This document shows, piece after piece, positions 28,940-38,534 of a DNA stretch of 64,000 bases. Each line of letters starts with the position of its first letter. The first letter of the stretch is position 1. A program made the position numbers and the translations under genes. The DNA lies in NCBI GenBank assembly GCA_964563315.1, contig CAZLWG010000006.1:5198-69197 (forward strand). Direction: 5' to 3'. The stretch comes from an uncultured Anaerolinea sp. GTDB lineage: Bacteria > Chloroflexota > Anaerolineae > Anaerolineales > Villigracilaceae. The notes under the pieces are model-generated. The model was not told where the DNA came from. It made no database searches and was given only the letters and a program-made list of their open reading frames with translations.

Positions 28940-29412
28940 AACTTCAAGCTCATCTGCATCTTGAAAAACATAATATCCCCTACGAAGCCCGCAGTTTTTC
29001 ACCGGAAACCGAAAAGGGAGCGGCAAACGTCGCAAAGGTCTTGGGCTTTCCCGAACGGCAGGCGGTAAAGACCCTTATCTTCCGTGTAGTGGATACAGGG
29101 GAATGTGTGTTGATCATGCTCGGCGGCGATCAAAACGCGATCTCGGGAAACTTGAAGCGTGCAATCGGCTCACGGAATATCCAAATGGCTCCGCCTGAAG
29201 CGGTCAAGGAAGTGACGGGGTATATCATCGGCTCGATCCCCGCCTTTGGCTGGCAACCGGAGGGATTCCGCACCTTCCTCGAAGCGACATTAATGGACGA
29301 GCCGATCCTTGGTACGGGAGCAGGTCAGTGGGGCGAGGAGATCATGATCACCCCGGAAAATTTGGTGAAGGCAAGTAACGCAGTTATAGCAAATTTGACG
29401 AAGAAAATATAA
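28936..29412 (+). CDS. YbaK/EbsC family aminoacyl-tRNA deacylase
   Basis: Start MKLQAHL overlapping the DMT stop; QAVKTLIF, VTGYIIGSIPAFG, GAGQWG. Confidence 0.85.
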   Translation: MKLQAHLHLEKHNIPYEARSFSPETEKGAANVAKVLGFPERQAVKTLIFRVVDTGECVLIMLGGDQNAISGNLKRAIGSRNIQMAPPEAVKEVTGYIIGSIPAFGWQPEGFRTFLEATLMDEPILGTGAGQWGEEIMITPENLVKASNAVIANLTKKI

Positions 29413-29589
29413 GGTTGCTGTTTTTCAGCGTATTTATTGTTGGCATGAAAAGGATTGGCAGTAGATGACTGGTTTCTTTGATTTCAGAAATATCAGAATA
29501 GACTTATTCTTTTTCATTAGCGTCTTCGACAAGCATTTTCCGCACCTTGGCTGTGTTCATCAAAATCTTCTGAGGCAAAAAGAAAGTTC

Positions 29590-30468
29590 ATGGATTCCAT
29601 AAATACAACCATCTTAAGTATTTTGGTGGGAGTTGGCGGCATGTTTGGATGGGGGCTATACGATTTCCTAGGCGGCGTATTCGCCAAACAGATCGGGGCA
29701 TTCAAGTCTTTATTTTGGTCGCAAGCGGCTGGCTTGGTTTCCATTCTTGTTCTTGCCGTCGTTTTCAGATCGAGCTTCAACGTTCCCGTTCTGGCTGTCA
29801 TCCTGCTCCCCATTGCTGCGGTTCTTTATTCTGCCGGGTATTTGTTTTTCTTCAAAGGTTTTGAGTCGGGCAATGTGTCGATCATTGCCGCAGCCATGAA
29901 TCTGTGGGCTGTCTTTACCATGGCATTTGCTTTCATATTTATGGGACAGCGTCTTTCTGCCGTACAAACTCTAGGTGTGGCGATGATTATCTCCGGCGCT
30001 GTATTAGCATCCTTGGATTGGAGGAACATTGAAAGCCAAAAACTCCAGCTTTCAGCGGGCGTCAGAGAGACGCTCGTAGGGGCTTTTTTCTTTGGCATTT
30101 TTTGGAATGTTAGCGAGATTATTTCCGAAAAAATCGGGTGGTTGCTAACGACCTTGTATGTAAAATTTGGGATTATTTTATTTCTATTTATCTTTTCCCT
30201 TCTCGTGAAACAAGAGAGCAGACTCACTCGGGCTTCCACGAAAACAAAATACATGGTTTCAATAATGGGCATCATTGAGGCTGGCGCTGTGGCACTTGTT
30301 AATTACGGGTTGACATTCGGGGATGCAATATTGATCACGCCCATCGCCTCCGCCTTGTCGGTAGTAACCATCCTGCTGGCTGTCATTTTCCTGAGAGATA
30401 AAATCACAATAATTCAGGGGCTTGGAATCATCACTGCAATTATCGGTATAATCTTAACTGCGTTCTAA
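29590..30468 (+). CDS. DMT/EamA family transporter
   Basis: MFGWGLYDF, GNVSIIA, ITPIASALSVVTILLAVIFLRDKI; about 10 TMs. Confidence 0.85.
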   Translation: MDSINTTILSILVGVGGMFGWGLYDFLGGVFAKQIGAFKSLFWSQAAGLVSILVLAVVFRSSFNVPVLAVILLPIAAVLYSAGYLFFFKGFESGNVSIIAAAMNLWAVFTMAFAFIFMGQRLSAVQTLGVAMIISGAVLASLDWRNIESQKLQLSAGVRETLVGAFFFGIFWNVSEIISEKIGWLLTTLYVKFGIILFLFIFSLLVKQESRLTRASTKTKYMVSIMGIIEAGAVALVNYGLTFGDAILITPIASALSVVTILLAVIFLRDKITIIQGLGIITAIIGIILTAF

Positions 30469-30602
30469 ATTCCCGCCCAACCTTCTTGGGCGTGTTTTAC
30501 AACCCACGAGTCTTGCATTTACAAAACGCTCCCGGCGAGGAAGCCGCCGATATCCCCACCATTGCTCAAGGAAGAATCTTGTCAAACAGGGAAATAAAAT
30601 AC

Positions 30603-30941
30603 ATGCGAATCTCTAAAATCAATTGGCCGGTTTGGATTATCGTTGGATCGAGCCTTCCAATCGCGTTGATCCTCATAGGAGTCATCAAGGTCTGGATGTC
30701 GGAAAGCCAAGGTATCGTCGACACAACGACCGAAAAAGCTGTATTCTTTGGAGTGCTCTATGCAGCGCCGCCTTGCGGTTTGCTAAGCATCATGACCGGA
30801 ATCAAAATCATGTCGAAGGGTTCGGTGAATAAGAAAGCCGCCGTCGCGGGAATCATCCTTGGTGTTCTTAGTGCCTTGATGGGGCTTATCTCATGGATTT
30901 GGTTTTTCATGATTTCAGCGTTTACAGCAGCTTATTCGTAA
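30603..30941 (+). CDS. small hypothetical membrane protein
   Basis: ATG at 30603; three hydrophobic segments; no recognisable motif. Confidence 0.55.
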   Translation: MRISKINWPVWIIVGSSLPIALILIGVIKVWMSESQGIVDTTTEKAVFFGVLYAAPPCGLLSIMTGIKIMSKGSVNKKAAVAGIILGVLSALMGLISWIWFFMISAFTAAYS

Positions 30942-31029
30942 TTTGCTGGGCTGAGGGGAGACCGCCTTTGTCGGCGCAGGCAATGATGGCAGGACAATTT
31001 CAAGGCAGCCGTTTCGGCCGTCTTTTGTT

Positions 31030-32850
31030 TTATTGCCACAGATCTTTTGCCGCATCCACCAAGCCTAATTCAATCAGTTTCTCGCGCGTAGGTTTGCCGG
31101 TTTCCATATCCCAGCCGCGGACTTTGTAGTAGGCATCGAGCATGCTCTGCAGGTCCGGTGCGAATCCCTCTGAGCCGCCGTCAGGGAAAGGCACAAGCAG
31201 GGCTTTGGGCAGCGTATCATTCTCAGCAGTCAACCCAAGGCGGTTGTTGATCGCGCGTTTGAGGTTCCAACTCCGCTCCCCTGCCTTCATCATGTCGTTA
31301 ACCGTCCATTCTAATCCGCAGGCGGCATTAATCAAATCCACCTGTTCTTGCGGATCCACGTTCGCAAAAATGCACATCACCATCGCATTGAACATCGTAC
31401 GCCAGTCCTGATGCTTGGCGACATTCCCCGCTTTTTCTGCCTGGTCGTGGCGTGAGAAGAATTCGATCCCTAATTTCTCGTGAGTGTGCCCCCAATCCAC
31501 AAAAAAATAATCCGATTGGTTATGACACGCCCCGCGCGGGCTGGTAGCATATGAAAGCGCCATGCCCGAAACCCCGCGTGGATCGTGGTACGCCACTTCG
31601 AGTCCGTTCACCTGCACAGCTTCCTTCTCCATACCGAAATGAGAGGCAAAACGCCGCGAACCCAATGCCAGCACATTACCAATACCCTCGCGCGCTCCGA
31701 TCAGGCGTACAAGTCCTTCGATGACATCCACATCGCCCCAATTCAACTCGATGCCGCCCGTATCCTCTTTTGTAATGACCCCTTTCTCATACAAATGAAA
31801 TGCCAGCCCAATGGTATTGCTTGCACTGATGGTGTCCATGCCGTAACGGTCGCACAACTCGCCCAGATCCACGATGGCTTCGAGATTCGAATTCATCAGG
31901 TTTGCGCCAAACCCCACCATCGTTTCATACTCGGGGCCTTTTCGCTTCATCTTGTCGTCTGGAAGTTTCACCACCCGCCCGCATGCGATTACGCAACCCT
32001 GGCATGCGCTTCGCCCTGTCAAGATCGTTTCCGCCATTTTTGCACCGGAAATTTCATCCACCTGCTCAAACGATCCGCGCGAATAATATTTCGCTGGCAT
32101 CGCGCCAAGGTATTCCGAATAATTCGCCGCGCCGCCTGTGCCAACTTCCCGAAGCACCTTGGTCTCGTTATCTTCTTTCAACCTGCGGTTCGCCTCGGAC
32201 CGCAGCGCTTTGTACCGTGGCAGATTAAAAACAGGGATTTCATTCACCCCATGCACTGCGATCGCTTTAAGATTCTTGGATCCCATCACAGCCCCTAGTC
32301 CGGTTCGCCCCGCCATGCGTCCATGATCGCACATGATCGAAGCGAACATGACCTGTTTTTCTCCGGCAGGCCCGATGACGCACACCCTTGCAGTCTTCTC
32401 GCCGATTTCCTCTTTGACTTTTTCCTGCGCTGTATAAGTGTTCATCCCCCACAAATGCGCCGCACTTCGGACCTCGAACCTGCTCCCGTTTAACCAGAGG
32501 AAAACCGGCTCTGCCGCCTTTCCCATGATCCATAAGCCGTCATACCCCGCCTTGCGAAGTTCGGGTCCCCAAAAGCCTCCAATGTTGGATTCTGCCCATA
32601 GACCGGTGGCAGGCCCCTTTCCGCAAATGACGAAGCGTCCGGTGGTCGGGCCTGAGGTGCCGGTCATGGGTCCCATCAGAAAAAGAAGAGGGGCATGTTC
32701 AGAGAAGGCATCCAGTTCCGGGGTCAACGCATCATATAAAAGCCGTGCCGCAAGTGATGCGCCGCCTAGAAAATCGCGTTCCCATTCTTTGGGCATGGAA
32801 AATTGCTCCGTTTTGCCGGATGTAAGGTTAATTTTGAGGATGGGCTGCAT
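31030..32850 (-). CDS. aor: aldehyde:ferredoxin oxidoreductase (tungstopterin WOR/AOR family)
   Basis: FLGGASLA, AGRTGLGAVMGSKNLKAIAV, CQGCVIAC, GPEYET, DPRG, RGACH; GGAGG RBS. Confidence 0.92.
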   Translation of the reverse strand: MQPILKINLTSGKTEQFSMPKEWERDFLGGASLAARLLYDALTPELDAFSEHAPLLFLMGPMTGTSGPTTGRFVICGKGPATGLWAESNIGGFWGPELRKAGYDGLWIMGKAAEPVFLWLNGSRFEVRSAAHLWGMNTYTAQEKVKEEIGEKTARVCVIGPAGEKQVMFASIMCDHGRMAGRTGLGAVMGSKNLKAIAVHGVNEIPVFNLPRYKALRSEANRRLKEDNETKVLREVGTGGAANYSEYLGAMPAKYYSRGSFEQVDEISGAKMAETILTGRSACQGCVIACGRVVKLPDDKMKRKGPEYETMVGFGANLMNSNLEAIVDLGELCDRYGMDTISASNTIGLAFHLYEKGVITKEDTGGIELNWGDVDVIEGLVRLIGAREGIGNVLALGSRRFASHFGMEKEAVQVNGLEVAYHDPRGVSGMALSYATSPRGACHNQSDYFFVDWGHTHEKLGIEFFSRHDQAEKAGNVAKHQDWRTMFNAMVMCIFANVDPQEQVDLINAACGLEWTVNDMMKAGERSWNLKRAINNRLGLTAENDTLPKALLVPFPDGGSEGFAPDLQSMLDAYYKVRGWDMETGKPTREKLIELGLVDAAKDLWQ

Positions 32851-32860
32851 TGGAGGATGG

Positions 32861-33271
32861 TTATTTGATCTCGGTAGTTACTTCCTGCGCGCAACGGACA
32901 AAGTCCAGCACGGTGGGGACGTTTCGCATCATATACGCCATGCTTCCATTGACCTTCAATCTCATGGTCATCATGGCTGTCATTGGGTTTAATTTCCCTG
33001 AAAGCACTGCAGTGATATTGTCATACGATGCGGTCAGAGTAAAAGCAGGGTTGGGGTAAGCGGTGGGATCGGGGTTGTAGTCCACTTTTCGGCATGTGCC
33101 ATGCCACAGGTCCAGATAGAACGTGAGGCGTTCCTTGAGGTTCCCCTCCGGTTCGATGAAAAAGAACAGATCACCCTCCCAATTCCTGGCGATTTCGTTG
33201 TACTTCCCGTCCGAATTCAATTTTATTTCCAGCCCCTGTAACCATTCCGCGCTTGGAAATATCGCAGGCAT
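32861..33271 (-). CDS. SCP2 sterol/lipid-binding domain protein
   Basis: FPSAEWL, LSGKLNPMTAMMTMRLKVNG; GGAGG RBS before the ATG at 33271. Confidence 0.85.
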   Translation of the reverse strand: MPAIFPSAEWLQGLEIKLNSDGKYNEIARNWEGDLFFFIEPEGNLKERLTFYLDLWHGTCRKVDYNPDPTAYPNPAFTLTASYDNITAVLSGKLNPMTAMMTMRLKVNGSMAYMMRNVPTVLDFVRCAQEVTTEIK

Positions 33272-33381
33272 ATAACCGACCTCCAATTTTTATTCAATTG
33301 TACCATCGAGGCATCGCCGGATTAATCCTTGCGGAATTGAAAAAAATGGTCTATGCTTAATGGACAGGATAAACCGTCCTG

Positions 33382-33397
33382 TGACAGGATACTGTCA
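33382..33397. promoter_or_regulatory. palindromic putative operator upstream of the ABC operon
   Basis: TGACAG-GATA-CTGTCA palindrome; GACAGGATA occurs as a direct repeat at 33363 and 33383. Confidence 0.4.
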
Positions 33398-33420
33398 ATC
33401 CAAATTTTCTGGAGGAGAAA

Positions 33421-34332
33421 ATGAAAAAACTGTATTCACTGGCAAGCATCCTTGTGCTTGCCGCCGTTGTTCTCGCGGCTTGTGGAGGCGGGGGCAGTTC
33501 AGCCGGTGCCAGCGACCTGTTGGGCGCCATCAAGGAACGCGGCTACATCCTCGTTTCTACCGACCCGAACTACGAACCTCAGTCCTTCCTCAATACGGCT
33601 GGCTCGCGCCCCGCTGACACCAAGTGCCCGTCCGATGCCCTGACGACCGCCGAAATGCAGGGCTTCGATGTGGATGTCGCCATTGCCATTGGTAATGGCA
33701 TCGGTGTGGAAACCTGCTTTGCCACCCCGGATTGGGACATCATCACCGCAGGCAGCTGGGCAGACAAATGGGACCTCAGTGTCGGTTCGATGACCATCAC
33801 CACCGCCCGCCAGCAAATTCTCGATTTCAGCACTCCCTATTACTACACCCCTGCTGTGATCGCTGTCCGCGCTGATTCCGGGCTCTCCACCCTTGCGGAT
33901 CTTGAAGGTCAGGCTTTGTGCGTAGGCAGCGCAACCACCTACGATCAATGGTTGAACGGCGATATTGAAGGTCTTGGCCTGCCCGAGTCCTCCATTTACG
34001 CCCAACCGCCCGCCAACGTGACTGTCGTTCCGCTTCCAACTGACCAGGAATGCGCCCAGGCGATAGCGGCCGGACGCGAGGACTTTGTCGGCTATGTGAC
34101 TTCTGACACCGTCGTCAATGCCAATATTGCGGCCGGCTTCCCGGTCGTCAAACTCGGCTCAGCGGTCTATTCAGAAGACCTTGCTGCAGCGGTTGACAAG
34201 AGTTCCACCCTGCCGACTGCCACCCTGCTTGCGGAAGTCAACAGGATCATCGGTCAGATGCACAGCGACGGGACACTTTCCGGCCTTTCCAACCAATGGT
34301 TTGGTGAAGATTTAACCCAGGCTCCCAACTAA
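33421..34332 (+). CDS. polar amino acid ABC transporter substrate-binding lipoprotein
   Basis: Lipobox VLAAC; YEPQSF, GFDVDVA, WDLSVGSMTITTARQQILDFSTPYY. Confidence 0.92.
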   Translation: MKKLYSLASILVLAAVVLAACGGGGSSAGASDLLGAIKERGYILVSTDPNYEPQSFLNTAGSRPADTKCPSDALTTAEMQGFDVDVAIAIGNGIGVETCFATPDWDIITAGSWADKWDLSVGSMTITTARQQILDFSTPYYYTPAVIAVRADSGLSTLADLEGQALCVGSATTYDQWLNGDIEGLGLPESSIYAQPPANVTVVPLPTDQECAQAIAAGREDFVGYVTSDTVVNANIAAGFPVVKLGSAVYSEDLAAAVDKSSTLPTATLLAEVNRIIGQMHSDGTLSGLSNQWFGEDLTQAPN

Positions 34333-34342
34333 TTTGCATTAC

Positions 34343-34389
34343 AATGGAGGAAGGCGGTAGCGTCCAAGTGCCGTCTTCCTCCATTTTTT
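34343..34389 (+). terminator. intra-operonic hairpin/terminator after the binding-protein gene
   Basis: 15-bp stem AATGGAGGAAGGCGG/CCGTCTTCCTCCATT (one G-U pair) followed by a T-run. Confidence 0.6.
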
Positions 34390-34411
34390 CGATACAGGAA
34401 GGTCACACGAG

Positions 34412-35251
34412 ATGAGCGCACTTGACCATGGCAAAACAGGCGCGGCAAAGACACAAGGCGACCTGTTATTCGAATCCCAACTACGGGAAAAGAGCAGGTT
34501 CAAGCGGAATGTGGGGGTTTCATGGGGTATTCTATTTCTTATCATCGTATATTTTTTCAGCGGGCAAAATTTCCTGGGAATTAAAACCATCGAGTTGAAT
34601 ACCGATTTCATTGTCGCGCAAATCGGTTTCATTGCACAGGGTTTGCCGCAGACCCTGCTGGTATCCATCCTTGCGATCACACTTGCCATGATCCTGGCGC
34701 TGTTGGCAGCATTGGGGCGGCTTTCCACCGTCCCGCCGCTCTACGCGCTCAGCACGTTCTATGTTTCGCTCATTCGCGGGACGCCGCTGTATCTCCAGAT
34801 CTTTTTCTTCTTCCTTGCGCTTCCCCAGCTCGGCATCGTGCTGACCGGTCTGTTCGCGGGCGTGCTGGCGCTTGGGCTCAACTACGGCGCATACATGAGC
34901 GAGATATTTCGCGCCGGGCTGGCATCTGTCGGCAAGGGTCAGAGGGAAGCCGCCATTGCGCTCGGCATGACCCCCACGCAAACCATGCGCCGCATCGTCC
35001 TTCCGCAAGCGCTTCGGTTCGCCATTCCGCCAGTCGGCAATGAATTCATTGCCATGACAAAGGACTCGGCACTCGTCTCTGCAACGGGATTTGTCCATGA
35101 GATCATGTGGCGCGCCACCAGAGTGGGACGCGCTCAATTCAACAATCTCGAAGCGCTCATCATGGCGGCGGTGTTCTACTGGGTAATGACCCTTCTTCTT
35201 ACCTATGTACAAAGCATCATCGAAGCACGCCTTTCCAAAGGAGACCGATAA
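34412..35251 (+). CDS. polar amino acid ABC transporter permease
   Basis: [39 protein letters not shown] (EAA motif), KDSALV. Confidence 0.95.
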   Translation: MSALDHGKTGAAKTQGDLLFESQLREKSRFKRNVGVSWGILFLIIVYFFSGQNFLGIKTIELNTDFIVAQIGFIAQGLPQTLLVSILAITLAMILALLAALGRLSTVPPLYALSTFYVSLIRGTPLYLQIFFFFLALPQLGIVLTGLFAGVLALGLNYGAYMSEIFRAGLASVGKGQREAAIALGMTPTQTMRRIVLPQALRFAIPPVGNEFIAMTKDSALVSATGFVHEIMWRATRVGRAQFNNLEALIMAAVFYWVMTLLLTYVQSIIEARLSKGDR

Positions 35252-35253
35252 TC

Positions 35254-36015
35254 ATGGTCCCCATCGTAAAAATCAACAATCTCGATAAATATTTTGGACG
35301 CCTGCATGTCCTAAAAGACATCGATCTTGAAGTCGGGGAACGGGAAGTCGTCTGCTTGATCGGTCGCAGCGGTTCCGGTAAAAGCACCCTGCTGCGCTGC
35401 ATCAATTTTCTCGAAGAACCGTCTCATGGAATCATCGAAGTGGATGGAGTGCAGGTCAAAGCAGGGGAAAAAGGAAAAGCCCGCCGCCAGCTTGTCCATG
35501 ACGTGCGTTTGAAAACCGGCATGGTCTTTCAGGAATTCAACCTCTTCCCGCACATGTCAGTGCTGGAAAACGTCATCGAAGGGCCGGTCACCGTCAAGGG
35601 TATGGACCGCAAAACAGCAATCGAACTCGCCGAACAGAATCTCGACAGTGTTGGTCTATTGTTCAAAAAGGACGAATACCCCAACCGCCTCTCCGGCGGA
35701 CAAAAACAGCGCGTTGCCATTGCGCGCGCCCTGACGATGGAACCGCGCGTCATGCTCTTCGACGAACCTACTTCCGCGCTCGACCCCGAACTCATCGGCG
35801 AGGTGCTGAACGTGATGAAAAAGGTTGCGCTGGAAGGCATGACCATGATCGTGGTTACGCATGAGATGGGCTTTGCCCGCGAAGTGGCAGACCGCGTCAT
35901 CGTCATGGCAGACGGTGAACTCATCGAAGATAACAAACCGGAAGAAATTTTCAACGCACCCAAAGACCCGCGTACCGAGGCGCTCATCGTTCGTTACCGC
36001 ACCGGCGGAGCTTAA
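35254..36015 (+). CDS. polar amino acid ABC transporter ATP-binding protein
   Basis: [52 protein letters not shown]; AAGGAG RBS. Confidence 0.96.
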   Translation: MVPIVKINNLDKYFGRLHVLKDIDLEVGEREVVCLIGRSGSGKSTLLRCINFLEEPSHGIIEVDGVQVKAGEKGKARRQLVHDVRLKTGMVFQEFNLFPHMSVLENVIEGPVTVKGMDRKTAIELAEQNLDSVGLLFKKDEYPNRLSGGQKQRVAIARALTMEPRVMLFDEPTSALDPELIGEVLNVMKKVALEGMTMIVVTHEMGFAREVADRVIVMADGELIEDNKPEEIFNAPKDPRTEALIVRYRTGGA

Positions 36016-36776
36016 TGCCTGTTGCGATCACCCGCAAAGTCAGTTCGCGCTGCAACGAATGCGAGATCACTCACATCCGCCGTGTACCGATAGATCTGAT
36101 CACTGCCCAGGCGCAGCATGATGGATATACACAAGCCCTGAAATATCTGGGCTGCCAGGTCGTAGAGTTACCTGAAGAGCCCGACCTGCCCGACTCTGTC
36201 TTCGTAGAGGATACAGCCTTCATTCTGCCGGAAGTCGCGGTCATCACCAGACCCGGCGCAGACTCCCGCAAACCCGAAACAAAGTCGATGGTCGAGGTGC
36301 TTTCGCACTACCGCCCGCTCCTGCATATCGCCGGCCCCGTAACCGTGGATGGCGGCGATGTTCTGGTGCTTGGAAAAAACATCTTTATCGGGTTATCCAC
36401 GCGGAGCAACCTTTACGCTGTTCAGCAGATCAAGAACATGCTGGAGAGCTATGGCTACTCGGCAGCCGGCGTTGCATTGAAAGGCTGCCTCCACCTTAAA
36501 TCAGCCGTCACGCGCGTGGATGACAGGACTCTGCTCATAAACAAAAACTGGGTGGACGCATCCCCCTTCGATGGTTATGACCTCATCGAAACGGACGCTT
36601 CGGAACCTTACGCCGCAAACTGTCTGCCCGTCAATGGGCACATCATCTACCCGACAACCTTCCCCAAGACCCAGCACAAACTCGAAGAAAAAGGTTACAG
36701 CGTGGCCAATGTCGAATTGGGCGAATTGGCGAAAGCGGAGGGTGCGGTCACGTGTTGCAGCCTGATCGTTTCGTGA
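36015..36776 (+). CDS. dimethylarginine dimethylaminohydrolase family amidinohydrolase
   Basis: AQHDGY, PDSVFVEDTA, SRKPE, VDGGDV, LHLKS, EGAVTCCS; TAATG overlap with the ATPase gene. Confidence 0.88.
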   Translation: MPVAITRKVSSRCNECEITHIRRVPIDLITAQAQHDGYTQALKYLGCQVVELPEEPDLPDSVFVEDTAFILPEVAVITRPGADSRKPETKSMVEVLSHYRPLLHIAGPVTVDGGDVLVLGKNIFIGLSTRSNLYAVQQIKNMLESYGYSAAGVALKGCLHLKSAVTRVDDRTLLINKNWVDASPFDGYDLIETDASEPYAANCLPVNGHIIYPTTFPKTQHKLEEKGYSVANVELGELAKAEGAVTCCSLIVS

Positions 36777-36819
36777 AGCAGGCTTGAGATTGGGGATGAA
36801 GCGGGTATAATCCCCAGCC

Positions 36820-37506
36820 ATGAAGAATCCAAAATCCGAATCTGCAAAGTATTGGGAAGACCATCTAAAAAGTTGGGAAGCCGGCGCGTATTTCAAGGAG
36901 GGTCAACAAAACGCGAACTGGTGGGACCGTCTTTCCAGTGTGTTCCGCGGCGACGCCATGTATGTGCGCATGAATACCGCTTTGGAACTGATCGCGCCGC
37001 ATATCAAAGGCGCGGTTGTGCTGGACGTGGGTTGCGCCTCGGGGCGTTTTGCATTCCAAATGCTCGAAGCCGGCGCTCAAAAAGTATACGGCACGGATAT
37101 ATCCACCGAGGCATTGGAATTTGCAAAAACGCGCAGCAGCGAGTTACGGCTTCAAGATAAGACCGAGTTTTCGATGATGGATGTTGTCCAGCCCAATTCG
37201 CCGCTTCCACGGGTCGATCTCGTGACAGCGCTGGGTGTTGTCGAATATTTCGACGCGAAGGATATGTCCGCCTTTCTCGGCAATTTGCGGACGAAATATT
37301 TTCTGCTCGATTTTCCCGATCATGGGCGCAAAAAGGAATTCCCCACCTGGATCCTGCGGCAGGTATACATCCGCGTGAACCGCCTGCCCGGTGTGTACCT
37401 GTATTCGCTGGACGAGTTTTCAAACATCGCCGAGCCATTCGGCTTTGCAAATCTGCGCGTGATCGAACGGAATAATTTCTATTACGTCACCAATCTGCCT
37501 GTATGA
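36820..37506 (+). CDS. class I SAM-dependent methyltransferase
   Basis: VLDVGCASGRF, YGTDIS, LGVVEYF. Confidence 0.85.
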   Translation: MKNPKSESAKYWEDHLKSWEAGAYFKEGQQNANWWDRLSSVFRGDAMYVRMNTALELIAPHIKGAVVLDVGCASGRFAFQMLEAGAQKVYGTDISTEALEFAKTRSSELRLQDKTEFSMMDVVQPNSPLPRVDLVTALGVVEYFDAKDMSAFLGNLRTKYFLLDFPDHGRKKEFPTWILRQVYIRVNRLPGVYLYSLDEFSNIAEPFGFANLRVIERNNFYYVTNLPV

Positions 37507-38351
37507 GCAAACTTGCCTGCGTCACACTGGATATGGAGCCGGATTATGGCGATCCTGAAAAGCGGATTCGCCTGCTCGAAAACCCGGAGTTTTTTGAGCG
37601 TTATGTTTCCATCGTAAAAAAGTACGGCGCTAAAGTGACCATGTTTACGGTCACGAGTTTGTTCGAGAAGTACGGAGGCGGGTTCCATGAATTGGCTGCG
37701 CGCATACCGTTGGAATTTTCCGTCCATTCCCACACGCATGATCCGCGCAGAGCCTGTTCACTGGATGAAGTCCGCGCTTCACAGGAAGCTTACAAAAAAT
37801 TCACGGGGATCAAACCGCTTGGGTACCGCGCCCCTATCGGACGGATTGACAAGCAAGGCTTAAATCACCTGCTCGATCATAATTTTGAGTATGATGCCAG
37901 CGTGTATCCCTCCATTCGCCCGGGAGAGTTCGGTTACTTCAATTTACACATGCCAAACATCCCCTTCCGTGTGGTACGCAAGGACGGCAAGTCGCTGGTG
38001 GAGTTTCCATTCACTGCAATTGAAAGGATCCGCATTGTATTTGCCTTGAGTTATGCCAAACTGCTTGGCTGGGGAATGTATTCAATGCTGCTGAAGGTTT
38101 TCGGGCTGCCGAAATCAACCCTCTTGCTTTCACACCCGCATGATTTTTATTTCGCTTCGATTACAAACAATACAACCAAGGGCTTGGAGCGGGCGGCGCT
38201 TGCAAGAAATTCAAATCGCGCATTCGACTATTTCGAAAACATGCTAAAGGGGCTCAAATCTCAAGGGTATGAGTTCGCCTTTATCAGTGAACTGTACGGG
38301 CAAATAAAAACATCGAATCTGCAGGAGTTTGCATGGGAGGAATGGAAATAA
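37503..38351 (+). CDS. polysaccharide deacetylase family protein
   Basis: VTLDMEPD, TMFTV, HSHTH, GYRAP, YDASV, HPHDF. Confidence 0.85.
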   Translation: MSKLACVTLDMEPDYGDPEKRIRLLENPEFFERYVSIVKKYGAKVTMFTVTSLFEKYGGGFHELAARIPLEFSVHSHTHDPRRACSLDEVRASQEAYKKFTGIKPLGYRAPIGRIDKQGLNHLLDHNFEYDASVYPSIRPGEFGYFNLHMPNIPFRVVRKDGKSLVEFPFTAIERIRIVFALSYAKLLGWGMYSMLLKVFGLPKSTLLLSHPHDFYFASITNNTTKGLERAALARNSNRAFDYFENMLKGLKSQGYEFAFISELYGQIKTSNLQEFAWEEWK

Positions 38352-38354
38352 ATA

Positions 38355-38377
38355 ATCCCCGAATTGAATTCGGGGAT
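38355..38377. terminator. hairpin between the convergent deacetylase gene and tRNA-Leu
   Basis: ATCCCCGAATT/AATTCGGGGAT inverted repeat. Confidence 0.55.
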
Positions 38378-38385
38378 CTGTCCAG

Positions 38386-38467
38386 TGCGCTGGAGAGGAC
38401 TTGAACCTCCACGTCTTGCGACACATGGCCCTCAACCATGCCTGTCTGCCAATTCCAGCACCAGCGC
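38386..38467 (-). tRNA. tRNA-Leu (anticodon GAG)
   Basis: Cloverleaf: acceptor GCGCTGG/CCAGCGC plus A discriminator, D-loop GAATTGGCAGAC, anticodon stem CATGG/CCATG with loop TTGAGGG, long variable arm, T-loop TTCAAGT; CCA not encoded. Confidence 0.96.
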
Positions 38468-38480
38468 GCGGGCAGGCAGT

Positions 38481-38508
38481 ATTATAATCGGCTTGCCTTT
38501 CTTGTCAA
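38481..38508 (-). promoter_or_regulatory. sigma70 promoter of tRNA-Leu
   Basis: Minus strand TTGACA-16 nt-TATAAT; the -10 region ATTATAAT also reads TATAAT on the plus strand toward plsX. Confidence 0.7.
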
Positions 38509-38534
38509 GCACATGGAATCACAGGAGAAAAGAC

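Noticed and set aside
38386-38467. tRNA-Leu as an integration site for a genomic island
   Set aside because: No integrase and no duplicated tRNA 3' end were seen in the window; the flanks are housekeeping-like genes.
38364-38534. N-terminal extension of plsX in the ORF track
   Set aside because: It runs across the tRNA-Leu gene; the real start is the ATG at 38535 with an AGGAG RBS.
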